From: Octopus vulgaris
Taxonomy: Eukaryota
Reading direction: 5' to 3'
Assembly: GCA_951406725.2 (NCBI GenBank)
Contig: OX597814.1
Coordinates: 104,656,001 to 104,720,000, forward strand
DNA: 64,000 bases
In this document: piece after piece, positions 24,680 through 39,253 of the stretch
How positions within the stretch are numbered: the stretch's first letter is position 1
Layout of the letters: every line of letters begins with the position of its first letter
Made by a program: the position numbers and the translations under genes
Notes under the pieces: model-generated
What the model was told of the DNA's origin: nothing
The model's input: the letters and a program-made list of their open reading frames with translations, nothing else
The model's database searches: none

Positions 24680-25682
24680 TATGTACAAAAGAAGCCTTGG
24701 AACTGTCTGAATTTCAAAGAGGCCTTGTTGTGGGTCAATCTGAAGGTGGACATAGCGTAAAATCACAGAAGACCTTGGGATTCCGCTTTTTACAGTTAAT
24801 AGGGTGACTGTGCAATCCACCGCAGAGGGGAAGGAGTCCACATCACCTCGCCCAGGTTGACCAAGGCTCTCTGACAGGACTCTTCTCTTTGTTAAGAGAA
24901 GTGTGGAGGATAATCCTCATTGCAAGGTCTCTGACATAGCAGAGCAAGTTGATGTCAGTCCCAGAACAGTTGTCAGGTATCTCTACAAACTTGGTTACTA
25001 TGGCAGAGCAGCAAGAAGGAAGCCACTTCTTTGACCAGCCAATATCAAGTGGAGAAAAGATTAGGTTAGTGAGATGGTGGAGTGGCCACTAGCATTTTGG
25101 GACACTGTCATTTTCTCCATTGAGTCTATATTTGCTGTATTTTCTGAGAGCGGTCGAGTGTAGGTCTGGAGACTCTGTGATGAAGAATTTGACGTGAAAA
25201 GATAGCAGCCAACAATGAAACATGGCAGCTATTCTGTGATGGTATGAGGAGTAATTTGGAGCATTGGTCAGTCAGAGCTGGTGGAGTGTAAGGGAAACAT
25301 AAACTCAGATAAATATGTGTCCATATTGCAGAAAGGACTCCTTCCAACCTTCTCCAGTGGTGAAATGATTAAAGAAGACACTTTATTTATGGCAGATAGG
25401 GCTCCTTGTCACACGGCTAAAATGACCCAAGATTTGTTGGATGAGAATGGCATTAAAAAGCTTCCATGGCCAAGCCAGTCACCAGATATGAACCCTATTG
25501 AACACCTCTGGGACATAATGGACAGGACACTTCATAAAAAGTACAAGAAAGCATCTTCAAAGCTGTTACTGCATGGAACTTGGCAAGAAATTCCACAAGA
25601 GAATATTCATCATCTGATCAGTAGCATGCTTAATAGGGTCCTTGCATTCAAAACTGCAAAGGGCATGTCTACTAAATATTAG
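24680..25682 (+). pseudogene. Tc1-like (DD34E) transposase pseudogene
   Basis: ELSEFQRGLVVG, AARRKPLL, VIFSIES, FMADRAPCH, WPSQSPDMNPIEHLW, KGMSTKY*; several stops; TIRs not resolved. Confidence 0.9.
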
Positions 25683-25716
25683 ATATTCACATTACAACAA
25701 TTAATAAATAATTTGA

Positions 25717-26452
25717 ACAGATAATACCCGTCGTTGATTGGGTAATTACTTTTGCAGTTTCTCGGGCCGAGAAGCTAGAAAAATGGGTATATCATATAGA
25801 AGAATAGCTTTACGGAATCTGGGTGACTGCGATGACACTGAAAAGGCTAGATGTCAAGTGGAACAGCCATTTGTCACTGTTCCTTTTGACGTTTGAATAG
25901 GTGGTATGCCAAAGGAGAATTTAAAGGTTCCCTTTGAACGTGAATGAAGCTAGAAGAATAGCTATATCATATAGAAGAATAACTTTACGGAATCCAGGTG
26001 AGTGTGCGATGGCACTGAGAAGGCCATAGGTGAAGTGGAAGAACCATTTGTCACGGTTTTTTTTTTACATTTGAATAGGCCATATGTCCACGGAGAATTG
26101 AAAGATTCAGTTTCGAATCTGAACCACGGTGAGACTACGACTACAGATTTAGGTTTACTCGTCCTCTGTGTGTGTGTATGATACGAGAGAAAAATCATGT
26201 AATAATTAAAGTAGAAAAAAGATGGAACGAAGACGGTGTCACTTTCACCATTACCAGTGAGAATATTTGCCTGAATGCAGCACCTCACAGGTTTGTGCAG
26301 AATTAGTGTTGTACTATTGCATAATTTTTATAGAGAAATTAGGCAATGGTATAATAAGAGATATACAAAAATGCGTAATAGCTTTCCTTGAACCATTTAC
26401 TTTCATTTTGGTGGACAAACAAACGAACAAATACACAAACGGAGAGAATCTC

Positions 26453-26521
<69 letters not shown>

Positions 26522-26685
26522 TTTATATATATTTATTTATATTTATATATATATTTATATATATATATAGCAAATAAAAGATAGATAAATTAACATAATA
26601 GCTTACCTTGAAACATTTACTTACATTTTGGGGGACTAAGAAACGAAGAAACACACAAACGGACAGAATCCCTCTTTTATACAAG
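25717..26685 (-). mobile_element. Non-autonomous Helitron-like element with internal duplications
   Basis: Minus-strand 3' end has a TACCC...GGGTA hairpin then TTATCTG; about 175-bp tandem duplication (25788 / 25963); two copies of a TATAAAAGAG(A/G)GATTCT..CCGTTTGTGT 5'-end-like segment (about 26380-26465 and 26598-26682). Confidence 0.4.
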
Positions 26686-26789
26686 GCGTGTAAGATATTT
26701 GAGAACATAATTATGTTTATATAAAAAGAAACAGCTATATAATAACAGATAATAACTTTATTTATCAAATAAACCTTTTCAATAATGTT

Positions 26790-27470
26790 ATTCAATAAAA
26801 CCACCTTCAGCTTAACAACCGCTTCTATATGAGATCTAAATCATCTACATGCTCGAATCAAGTAGTCCTGATTCATTTTGAACATTACTCGCACTATGAC
26901 AGCTTTCAAGGAATCTTTGGTGCTATGGGCGTGTTCATTGACTTCTCTCTCTCAACAACGCTTCACATGTAATAGTCCAATGGATTGAGATCTGGGGAAT
27001 TAGGAGACCAAATGTTAGGGGTTATGTGAGAATGAAAATTTTTAGCTGTTCATTCCTGTGTTACTGGAGCCATGTGTGAGAGTGCAGCATCTTTCTGAAA
27101 CACATATGGCCTTCCATTGCATACACTGTCTATCCAGGGCTTAACAATTGTTTCCAGGACCTCAATGTAGGCAGCAGAGTTAACTCTAAGGCCTTTTGGA
27201 AAGAAGTAAGGAGGCATCACATATCCTTCATTGCTGATAACCTCTAAAACCATAACAGTTGCAGGGAATTTTGTATGCATAACACATGAAACTTCAGAAG
27301 GGTCTGCACATAAGCATCTGTCATTTCTTCTGTTAACTTTTTGATTTCGGGCGAAGTTTTTCTCGTTTGGGAAAAACCAAATCAAATCTTCTTCTGCTGG
27401 ATTTTTCAGTTTGTTTAAGAGCCTTTTAGATCTTATGTAGTGATTTTCTTTTGCTTTTTCGGACAAGTTG
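26790..27470 (-). pseudogene. DD37D (maT-like) transposase fragment
   Basis: FFPNEKNF, HTKFPATVMV, FQKDAALSH...WSPNSPDLNPLDY; 37 residues counted between the second and third catalytic D, with one in-frame stop. Confidence 0.88.
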
Positions 27471-27479
27471 ACCTTCCCT

Positions 27480-28620
27480 CATCAAATATCCTGGATACAT
27501 TGGAACGAACCTTTAAACCATTCCGAGGGTTGTATAGCAATATTTCGTTTCCTATTTTGTGTTTATGAATATTATTGTTGCTCAGTATGCCATATATTCT
27601 CTTTGAATCCAGTCATTTAATGCGCAAAGGCGATAATAAGAAACAAGATTAAAGGATTCCTTTTCGGGGAATAAACAGAATAAATTATTATTATTGATTC
27701 TTTTATTCTATCATTTTCTTTTATTCGTTTCTGTCATTTGATTGCGGCCATACTGGAGCACCGCCTTTTAGTCGAAGAAATCAATCTCAGGACTTATTCT
27801 TTGTAAGCCTGGTATCTATTCTATCGGTCCCTGATATTAATTTAATTTTTCAAGGTTACTGGGGGATAGTTAGAATTTATACCAATATACGGCGATTTCT
27901 TGTTGAGTTTAATCTAAACGTATTGCTTAAGAAAGCCTAAATCTGGAGTCATATTTAAGGAATTAACTATGCCTTCATTGACATTTATTTTTATGTTTAA
28001 CTTTAATCTTTTTCAAGGTGTTAATGAATTTCCCCGTAAACGTTGTCATTGTATAGCTTTTAAGCTTTTAATATTTTGAGAAAAGAGTAATCCATTATTA
28101 TGCAAAGCACCGAATTCTTGAGAGAAATCCTTCCGGAATACTTCTATGATATACAATCGTACAAATGAGGAGAATCAGGAATTCCTTGCAACACTTCATT
28201 ATTTACTTAGAAATTTACGACAACGAAAGTCTCTAAGATGTATTATTTCTCAAACAAAGGATCACCTATATCAATTAAAGACTGTCATATAATTGCGGGA
28301 AAAAAATTTCACTCGTTGTTACCCGTTATTACTTCCCTAAACATATACGCCTTTTTCACTTGTAATACTGAAGGCATAAAACGTCATTTATTTCGCAGGA
28401 GACTGGAAGAATACATCAGGTGTTCTAGAAATGAGAATTGGAAACATAAATACGCGACGTATTTCCAAATGAGTTTCGATGAGTAATCGTATGTCATTGA
28501 GTCATTTTTGTTTCAAGCTACTTAAGTATATTTTTGCTAATATATTATCACGCTAAGAAGATTTTTTCTAAGTCGCTTGAATAAGTATCATCGTAAACCT
28601 CGGAGTTGCAGTTCAAGAGC
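27480..28620 (-). mobile_element. Highly decayed PLE RT (Naiad-like), interrupted by a SINE B tail at about 27695-27832
   Basis: Minus-strand remnants: GALHNNGL (GLYRDDGL-like), LNIKINVNEGIVNSLNMT (VNFLDVT-like), PYIGINSNYPP (YI..SNHPP), NRKRNI..YNP. Confidence 0.6.
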
Positions 28621-28649
28621 ATTCAACACCAAACAATATAACTATATAT

Positions 28650-28860
28650 ATAGTTCAAATTTGGGAAAAACAAAAATACGAAGGCAGGTGAAGGAACAAA
28701 AAACAGGTGTAATTTTTTGACACTCGGAAAGAATAGAAAAGCCTTTGATGTTTCGAGCCTACGCCCTTCGACAGAAATGATTCAGGGAAAAAGATAGAGA
28801 GAGAACGAAGAAAAACAGAGAGAGATAAAATGTGTAGGGATTAAAGGTTCAACATGATAT
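28650..28860 (-). mobile_element. pLTR-like element with an HHR-like motif (family of 5370-5565)
   Basis: Minus strand CTGTCGA-AGGGC GTAG GCTC-GAAACATC-AAAG at about 28741-28778. Confidence 0.55.
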
Positions 28861-29599
28861 ATTCTTATCCAAGAGGGAGATGAATAAGAACGTTCCTTGT
28901 GGCAGAGTTGAGAATTGTAGTGTATTTTCTACATGAAACCAATGGTAGACTTGTTACCCTGCAAATTAAGAATATTTATCTACAAGTGCGGTGTTGAGTA
29001 CTCATTCTCTCTGTTCAGCATTAGCGTATATATATGTGTGTGTTTTTGTGTGTGTGTGTGTGTGTGTATACGCATGCATACATATATTATGTATACATAT
29101 ATTTATATAAATATATACGTTGTCGCGTCCATATAGAAGCAGAAATCCAAAAAACGACAGTGAAGTTAAAAAAGTAGAGAAAATGAAGATATTAGGAGAG
29201 AGATAAGGAAAACTTAAAGAAAGATCGCATTAATATTGTCGTAATGTCGCTGCCAGCTTTATTCAGCCTTCCTCACCAATTCATTTCAATGCGTTTCTTA
29301 TTTTATTAATCATTTCATTCTGTCTCGCCCCGCCTCCTCCGCCTCTCCTGATCAACCTTGCCCTCACCATATATTACTCTTTTTCTTTATCTCTCTCTCC
29401 CTCCTGTCTGTCTGTCTGTCTGTCTGTCTCACACTGTCTTTTTTTTTTCATTCTCTTTTGCTTTCAGGCAGGTTTTGCTGCATTCTAATATTACCACATT
29501 TTTACTCGACTCACTGAACATCGTGCCGAGTTTAGCAGTTCGTTGCATGCACACGCCTCTGTGTGTGTGTGTGTGTGTGTGTATGTGTGTGTGTGTGTG

Positions 29600-29638
<39 letters not shown>

Positions 29639-29719
29639 CATGAATTTATGTGTATATGTTTCTGTTCCTACACATATATATATATATGTGTGTGTTATAT
29701 ACATACATATATATGTGTA

Positions 29720-29897
<178 letters not shown>

Positions 29898-29961
29898 CAT
29901 ACACATCAGTAGAACTTTTGTATGTATATATGTGTTCACTTACTCACAGTGACACATACTC

Positions 29962-30029
<68 letters not shown>

Positions 30030-30644
30030 AATTTAATATACGCTTCTCGATGTATTTAAAATATGTAAATGAATATATATATACACGTATGTAAATATAT
30101 GAACATGCATACATATATATATTGATGTGTATAACCAGGTGCATTTACCTATCTCCATATATACACACACATATACATGTGTAAGTTTATGCATCAGTAT
30201 GTGCCTTGCTGTTATAAAACCTGTACAATACACAAATTCTCCAATTCTCCAGATGTCTGCAAACAAAAACTTCCTGAGAACAACTGAGCTGACAGAATAT
30301 AAGAGAGAGAGAGAGGGGGGGAGAGAGAAAGAGAGTGAGGGAGAGAGAAAGAGGTTCATCTTGGGATTTTCCATTCCAGCAGGAAACCAATAGATTCAAT
30401 TAGTGTGTGGCGGATGGATGAGGAATTACAATTTAGATTCCCTTATTTCCTTACAACTTGCATTCAGCCTTTCTTTTTATCCACACACACACACACATAA
30501 ATATGTAGGTATTTGTGTATGTGTATGTGTGTGCATCGATACCCACACACATACAGACATATATATATGTATATATATATTTACACACACATACACGCAT
30601 ATGATATATATGATATATATTTATATATACACTCAAAACACATA

Positions 30645-30715
<71 letters not shown>

Positions 30716-30944
30716 ATATATATATATATATATATATATGGAGAGGGTGCGAGGGAAAGAGAGAGAAAAAGAGAATGAGAAAGAGTGAGAGAGAGAGAAA
30801 GAAAGAGAGAGAGAGAGAGATAAAGGGTGGATTGTTATATACAGTGGACTCGCAATTTCAATCCAGTTTATCCAGGCATGCCGATATGTGCTTTAGCGAC
30901 GAACTGTGTGTGTGTATGTGTTCGTATATATATATATATAATGC

Positions 30945-31011
<67 letters not shown>

Positions 31012-31017
<6 letters not shown>

Positions 31018-31190
31018 TAATCCAAACAGGAAAACACAGAAAAAAGAGAAAAAAAACACACCAACGCGAGGACGTGGAACAATTAAAGTATTATTGACGC
31101 TCAGGAAAGAAGGGAAGGAGGGATTAACGTTTCGAGCGGAGCTCTTCGTCGGAAACAAGGAGAAGGAAAGATCCCAAGAAGGGAAGACAG
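31012..31190 (-). mobile_element. pLTR-like short element with a minimal HHR variant
   Basis: Minus strand CCGACGA-AGAGC TCC GCTC-GAAAC GT T at about 31126-31152; TA-repeat flanks. Confidence 0.6.
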
Positions 31191-31207
31191 ACATATATAT
31201 ATGTATG

Positions 31208-31241
<34 letters not shown>

Positions 31242-31352
31242 CATATATTTACACACACATACACACATGAATATATTGTTGCTTCCCACTTGCCCTTCTG
31301 TGTATCTTCGCATCCATATATCCATATCAATGAAACATTACTTATGTGTTAG

Positions 31353-31436
<84 letters not shown>

Positions 31437-31476
31437 CGTGTACGTGTATGTGTGTGTGTGTGTTAATGTGTGTGTA

Positions 31477-31710
31477 CAGTAATCCTTTGCCATATCGCGG
31501 TTCAGCTATCGCGGTTCAACTATCGCGGGTTATTATTTAAGCTTACGTCGATTCCTCTGTGGTGTTGTTTTGCATTTGTAATGAAATAAATATATACAAA
31601 TTATAGAAATAATTAAAAAAAAACACACTGTACACTACTGTTTCTACTTCGTGGATTTTCACTTATCGCGGGGATTGGTAACACAACACCTGCAATAGTC
31701 GAGTGATTAC

Positions 31711-31712
<2 letters not shown>
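31477..31712. mobile_element. Tc1/mariner-superfamily (pogo/Tigger-like) MITE
   Basis: TA|CAGTAATCC...ATCGCGG at the left end, GCAATAGTCGAGTGATTAC..|TA at the right end; repeated ATCGCGG subterminal motifs. Confidence 0.6.
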
Positions 31713-31803
<91 letters not shown>

Positions 31804-32456
31804 CGTAAACAAAGTCAAATGCGATACAATAAAATTAATTATTATCGCCGGTATATATATGTATATATATATATATATATATATAAGAAAAAAGGTTTGA
31901 AAATGCAATTTAAACGATGTTTATTTACTTAACCGGTTTCACTCTTTGGTAAAAGATTGTCAAAAGTTACATTTAAGGAAACATTGAATAATATGGGTTC
32001 AAAAAAAGTTTTTTACATAATTGTCACATTGAATATTATGCATTCAAAAAAGTTTTTTACATAATTGTCACATTATTTGGGAAAATTTGGCAGAAAAGGA
32101 TAAAACAAATATATTATTGGGAATTGGTTGCGTTAATTATTGGTTGTCGCAAATTGTCACATTACATGTATATATATACAATCTTTGGTATATATATACA
32201 GCGTTTTGACAGCAAAAATTAAAATGGATTTTTTGTACATCTCAGAATATTTTAAGTATGTTTTTACTGACCTGTCAGTATTAGCAGAAAGGCTGAACTG
32301 AGAGAACAGAAGAAGTAGCCAATGTGGTGTATACTTCTCCTTTATGCATGAATGATTTTGGGGTTATCAGGAGGTTAGTATGCGGGTGTGAATAGATGTG
32401 TCCGTGCCTGCTGGTCAGACAGCGTCTGTTTGTCACACACATATATATACACACAA

Positions 32457-32510
<54 letters not shown>

Positions 32511-32857
32511 TATTTATATATATATTTATATAAACACACACACATGTATGTGCTTATGGATATTATTTTATGTGTGTCGGCGTGGTGTCTGTATGTGTAG
32601 GTTAGCGAGTCCGTTCGTATTTGTATGTGTATGTACCTGTGTGTCTTACTTTCGTCGTTATAAGCCACTCCCTTCCAGCTCTTTTATCTTTCTTGGATTT
32701 CTCAATTCTTTGTTATCGCTCGCAGTTCACATTTCTAATAAGTTGTGTTCTGCGAAGAAGAAAGAAACGAAGAGAATAATTACTGCTTCATATTAAATTG
32801 GATCTCTCTCAGAGTCACCTATTTATCTACTTAATTAGAGTTAGGGTATGTGTATAC

Positions 32858-33094
<237 letters not shown>

Positions 33095-33237
33095 GTTATG
33101 TTTGAATATTCATACAACTTTTATTTTCTCCGCCTGTACGATCCTTTCGATTCAATTTTTCCCAGTCAAAACTTGAGGAGAAATTCAAGCATCATCTCTG
33201 CATTTTTTGTATGCTTTTTAAATACATTTGTTTATGG

Positions 33238-33485
33238 AGTAAAGATTTTTGCCAACATAACATAGCAGTCCTGGTTTAGGACGAATGTTGCTGTTGAAGG
33301 GAAATAACCCGGAAATCGCGATACTGTTTTGAGCTGAGTGGGGGTGCTAGATTCCCCTGTTTGAAAAGATAAGGACATAGATCGTGTCGTATAGCCAGCT
33401 GGAGACGATGTCTCCTGGGGCTAAATTACAGCAACATTCGTCCTAAACCAGGACTGCCATGTTATGTTGGCAAACAATCTTTACT
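33238..33485. mobile_element. MITE with about 57-bp TIRs
   Basis: AGTAAAGATT..TTGCCAACATAACAT.GCAGTCCTGGTTTAGGACGAATGTTGCTGT and its near-perfect reverse complement at 33428-33485. Confidence 0.85.
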
Positions 33486-33638
33486 ACAATGTACTGTTTC
33501 TGAATATCTCTCGTTGTGAGATATGAAAATAGTAATTTTCTAACATTTGTTTACGTTTCATAATCGTCCCATGTCTGGGAATGAGAAACTCGGAGAAACG
33601 ACTTGTAAAATTTTTGCTGTTAATTACTCTTTTTTCCA

Positions 33639-33669
<31 letters not shown>

Positions 33670-34466
33670 TGTATGTATGTATGTATGTATGCATGTATAT
33701 ATGCATGTTAATATGCATGTATGTATGTATGTATGTATGTATGCATGCATGTATATATGCATGTTAATATGCATGTATGTATGTATTTATGTATGTATGT
33801 ATGTATGTATGTATGTATGTATGTATGTATGGTATAAAGCGATAGAGAAGATCGAGACTAGTACATGTTCAAAATTAATTTCCTTTCCTTTTGCGATGTC
33901 ACACAGCATATCCTTATGCAAGTATTCATACTCTATGTAGCGGAAACACGAGTAGGTGTGACATACCCTAAAATGAAAGGAAATAAAGTTTGAGCATATA
34001 CCAGTTTCTACATTTTCTGTCGTTATAATTATTGCAAATATACGCTCGGATAATAATACCATCCAGTGAAGCGAACAGGGAATTTCCCGTCGGAGGAATT
34101 TACTGCGTCAGTGACACCTCCTAGTAGTCGTAGACGTTAAATGCTAATCGATGCAGTTAGCCGTAACCTGGAACATAACTGAGAGCCATCACAGTATCCG
34201 CCCGGGTAAATACATTCCTCTAAACTTACACACACACACACACACACAAACACACACATACACTCTCTCTCCCTCTCTCACACACATACTCTCTCTCTCT
34301 CACACACACACACACATACAAATACATGTGTGTGTGTGTATTTGTTATACCTGTTTGTACCTGCGTGTATATATATTTTGGTATTCATGCGCCTATTTGT
34401 AAATATAGTCAAGTTTTGAAATCTATTTTTGCTGTTTGTATAACCAAACCTCTGTGTGAGCGCGTC

Positions 34467-34515
<49 letters not shown>

Positions 34516-34562
34516 ATATGTATATGTATGTATATATATATATATGTATGCATGTATGTATA

Positions 34563-34628
<66 letters not shown>

Positions 34629-35095
34629 TATACAAGTATGTATATAAGCATATACGTATGTATTTATGTATAAAGACAAATATCAACGTATCGAAATTGC
34701 GTTAAATTTATACACATACAAACACATACACACACACACACTGACAACGCCACATACACATATGCATATATTTACACAGTTATTATTTCTTGCTATTTCA
34801 GTGTAAAAACGTTTATATGTGTTTCAAAGTGCGTTCCGTTCTGTATAATATGTTTGTCTTTTACTCCGTTCTAATGCAATTTGCCGTCTCAGATTTTCTA
34901 CTCTTGTTCTTTTTTTTTTTTTGTATAATTTTTCTCCAAAACTTTTACAATCGTTTGATATTTCTTTCTACATTTTGTCACTTATGTCGCTGAAGTGTTT
35001 CAATCTAAATCGAATCTCGTTTCTACATTGACTCGACCAAATACGTCTAAAAATATCATAGTTATTTCTGACCTTGGAACTTTTCTTTCTTTGCA

Positions 35096-35410
35096 GGCGC
35101 AGGTGTGGCTGTGTAGTAAGACGTTTGCTTCCAACCACATGGCTCCGGGTTCAATCTCATTGCGTAGCACGTTGGGTAAGTGTCTTTTACTATAGTCTCG
35201 ACCAAAGCATTATCAAGTAGATTTGCTAGACAGAAACTGAAAAAGCCTGTCATATACAAATAGGCGTAGGAGTGGCTGTGTGGTAAGTAGTTTCCTTACC
35301 AACCACACAGTTCCAGATTCCGTTCTTTGCAACTTGGACAAGTGTCTTCTACTATAGCCACGGGCCAACCAAAGCCTTGTGAGGTAGACGGAAACTGAAA
35401 GGAGTCCGTC
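35096..35410 (+). mobile_element. Two tandem SINE family B 5' halves
   Basis: GGCGCAGGTGTGGCTGTG at 35096 and GGCGTAGGAGTGGCTGTG at 35262, each running to GAAACTGAAA. Confidence 0.8.
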
Positions 35411-35639
35411 GTCCTCCTCTTCTCCCACTATTCTATCCTATAACTCTGTCATTCTATCTCCCTCACTCCTCCTCCCTTGCTCACGTGGCTCCCACGTGAC
35501 CATAGGCCATCTTTCTTTCTCTCCGTTGTAGCTGGAACAAGGAAGACGTGTTCTTGTTTGTCTCCTGTCCTAGCTTGATTTACGCGTTCGTCACCACAAC
35601 CTCGTTTAGGCTTAGCAGCCCTTCCTGTTTGTTTTCACT

Positions 35640-35912
35640 GTCCTGTTTGTGTTACCTATTTTGACCCTCCATAAGATCCCAAATTTTATTTATTTTGATT
35701 TGCGAGAGCAACTGTTTTATCAAAAGCGTATATTGTTGTTAAATGGTCGAAAAAGACTAGAAAAACAGCCAACAACTGCTGAAGGGTCATTCTTTATGCT
35801 GGTTGTTTTGTTTTCCATTTGTGTCTTTCGTTGTTCGAAAGAATAGTTCATGTTCCATGTACTCGTACTTCGTACTTTGTTGTTGCACACATTTCATGAT
35901 ATCCTGTGCCCA

Positions 35913-35917
<5 letters not shown>
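35640..35917 (+). mobile_element. pLTR-like repeat, homologous to the reverse complement of 46365-46635
   Basis: Shared blocks TTTGACCCTCC, CAAATTTTATTTA, GAGCAACTGTTTT, TTTCCATTTG, CTTTCGTTGTTCG, CCTG(T/C)GCCCATATATG. Confidence 0.65.
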
Positions 35918-35973
<56 letters not shown>

Positions 35974-36035
35974 GTATAGCTGTATGTACATATACGTATG
36001 TATATATGCATATATATATATATAGATATATAAAA

Positions 36036-36266
36036 GGCGGCGAGCTGGCAGAAACGTTAGCACGCCGGGCGAAATGCGTAGCCGTATTTCGTCTGCCGTT
36101 ACGTTCTGAGTTCAAATTCCGTGGAGGTCGATTTTGCCTTTCATCCTTTTGGGGTCGATAAATTAAGTACCAGTTACGCACTGGGATCGATGTAATCGAC
36201 TTAATCCGTTTGTCTGTCCTTGTTTGTCCCCTCTGTGTTTAGCCCCTTGTGGGTAGTAAAGAAATA
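36036..36266 (+). mobile_element. SINE family A, full length, near consensus
   Basis: GGCGGCGAGCTGGCAGAAACGTTAGC...GAGTTCAAATTCC...GTAGTAAAGAAATA. Confidence 0.92.
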
Positions 36267-36281
36267 TATATATATAGAGAG

Positions 36282-36351
<70 letters not shown>

Positions 36352-37135
36352 ATATATATATATATATGCACATATACATAAGTATATGTACATACATCTA
36401 TAGATAGATATAGATATAGATATATCTATGTATGTGTGTGTATGTCCCTCCCACTAACATCGCTGGTTTGTTTACGTCCCTGTAACTTAGCGGTTTGGCA
36501 AAAGAGACCGATAGAACAAGTACTAAGCTCGACTAAAGGCGATGCTCCAAATGACTGAAACAAGTAAATGAATAAAAGAATATATATTTTACACACGTAT
36601 CAACACATCTATACATATATATATCTATATATGTTATGTGTGTCTTTGGGGCTGTGTTTGCCCCCCCCTCTTGACAACCGGTGTTGGTGTGTTTATGTCC
36701 CCGTTACTTAGTAGTTCGGCAAAAAGGCCAATAGAATAAGTTCCAGCAAGCATAACTATTGAGGTAGATTTGTTCATCTATAACCATTCAAAGTGGTGCC
36801 CCAGTGTAACCAAAGACCAATGAATGAAACTAGTTTATGATAAAAGTTAAAAGCTCAGATTGGTCCCTAAACATTGCCTTATCCCATAATTTTAATAAGG
36901 TTCGTTTATCCAAAGAACCGTTTTATTCGGAGTGTTTTGTGTTTTCAGCAGATGATGATGATGATGATGCACTCTGGAATGCGCCAACACCACCACCACT
37001 GCCACCTGTTGCTTTAAATCTATTAGAAAGAGATTTGCAAGTCGATTGAAAATATCTTCCTCCCTAACTGAAACGATACAATCTCCAAAATTAATCAAAC
37101 CGATATTGTCAGTTCAAAGGCAATAGTGGGTTAGA

Positions 37136-37186
37136 TGAGTTCTGAAGAAGGGTCAACAACCCCCGAAATATGGTATATACACTCGT
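37136..37186 (+). ncRNA. Minimal HHR-like motif, probably inactive
   Basis: CTGAAGA-AGGG TCAACAA CCCCC-GAAATAT; no clear NUH site or stem I. Confidence 0.35.
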
Positions 37187-37301
37187 TACCCACTTTTTCT
37201 TCGATCTCATTGTTTGTTTACATCTGACATATACGAAACGTTGTAGCTAAACTCAGTGCTGGTTATACGTTCTAAAGAATCTCTCTCTCTCTCCCTTTTT
37301 T

Positions 37302-37685
37302 TCTCTTTTTACTTGTTTCAGTCATTTGACTGTGGCCATGCTGGAGTACCGCCTTTAATCGAGCAACTCGACCCCAGGACTTATTCTTTGTAAGCCCAGT
37401 ACTTATTCTATCGGTCTCTTTTGCCGAACCGCTAAGTGACGGGGACATAAACACACCAGCATCGGTTGTCAAGCAATGCTAGGGGGACAAACACAGACAC
37501 ACAAATATACACGTACATACATATATATACATATATACGACGGGCTTCTTTCAGTTTCCGTCTACCAAATCCACTCACAAGGCTTTGGTCGGCCCGAGGC
37601 TATAGTAGAAGACACTTGCCCAAGGTGCCACGCAGTGGGTCTGAACCCGGAACCATGTGGTTTGTAAACAAGTTACTTACCACAG
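37302..37685 (-). mobile_element. SINE family B, nearly full length
   Basis: Reverse complement of 60301-60696. Confidence 0.92.
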
Positions 37686-38164
37686 CACGAATGACGCAAC
37701 AGAACCTGGCACTGACTTATGAAAACATTTACTATACATTATCGTATATTGTGTTTGCGTAACGAAGTCCTACGTACCTACAAATCTTTAATGATACTCT
37801 CAGTGTTTAGTTTGCGGCGACTGCTCGCCTTTGTTTGCTACAATGTTTCACTGACCTGGTTGGCCTCGTACATCCCCCGTTCAGGCAAGCCTGTCCCACT
37901 TGTCTTTCTGTCTATCATCAATCTCGTGGGGCCCAACCCTCTCGGCTCCACATTTACCTTTAGCTCTGGTTCTTCCTCTCGCACAACGTCATCCCTCAGG
38001 AATATTTGTCTGCATCTTTCTTGTCAAGTGTTGACCTGTAAGAGTTTAATCGATTTCGCTGTGCTTGTAAACATCACGTGCAATGTCTCTCTATCCTACT
38101 CCTCCCCACCAGGTTCAAAAACTATTAATAAAAAAAAAAACCCGCAGAATCTCCGAAAGATTAT

Positions 38165-38370
38165 TATTGGCTGCAAATTCCGGCACAAGACCAGCAATTT
38201 CAGAGGGTGGTGTTTAGTCGATTACATCAACCCCATTACTTCGCTGGTACTTTATTTTAACAACCCCGAAAATATGAATGGCAATGTATGCCGCGGCAGA
38301 ATTTGAACCCATAAACCGGAAGAAAACCGCAAAGCATTTTGTTCAGTGTACAAGCGAATCTGCCAGCACA
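38165..38370 (-). mobile_element. SINE family A, diverged
   Basis: GGCACAAGACCAGCAATTT...CCCCGAAAATATGAATGGC...AATTTGAAC...TCTGCCAGC. Confidence 0.7.
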
Positions 38371-39095
38371 ACTGGCAGGCCTAAACACCCCCAGTTGAGT
38401 CCTTGCTTTATATAAAGTTGATTTAATTGTCTCTCCGTGTCATTGGTACTATTATGCCTTTACGAGTCCATTTTACAATCAGACAATAATATTTTATTTA
38501 TTTGACTGTAGCAAAGGGAATTCCTCGGGGTGAGTTGTAAATGGTTCTCCGGCTCTCTGCTCCTTCTCCCTTCCTCCCTCACCCTCTCCTCTTCTCCCTC
38601 TTCTCTCCTATTCACTAGAAGATAATTAGCGAGTTGCTTCTCTTCGAAGAAGTTTGTTGATCAAAATGACTTGGACATTTAATCACAAACACGAACAATC
38701 AGATAATTACGCAAGACCCAATGAATTCTAAAGAGTTGTTGAGACAATGGCAGCTGAAGAGACTCTCTTTTCACATGTCTTTGCATAAATGTATAATTTT
38801 ATAATTTTCCAATTATAAAACAGAAGCAATTTGTTCAATATTGCTCTTTTTAAATTTACACACACACACACACACACACGTGCGCAGAGTCATATATATG
38901 TATGTATGTAAGTACATAAATGTCTCTGTGTGCGTGTGTCTGTGCAAGCACTCATACGCATCTATATATCTGTGCACATTTATATTTGTGTGAAAATAAA
39001 CTAATCACTCGTTTTCCCCCCAAGTTAGCCATTCATATCTCCATGTATACATACATATATATGTGTGTGTGTGTTAGTGTGTGTGTGTATTTGTA

Positions 39096-39142
<47 letters not shown>

Positions 39143-39207
39143 GTATGTATATATATATATATATATATGTTTCTATGTATTTACACTTATGTATATTTCT
39201 TTCTTTG

Positions 39208-39253
<46 letters not shown>

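Noticed and set aside
31981-32074. About 45-bp tandem duplication (a similar ~32-bp one lies at 17768-17832)
   Set aside because: Ordinary local duplications inside repeat remnants.
37719-38306. 195-aa ORF
   Set aside because: No domain recognised and the 3' part is an antisense SINE.
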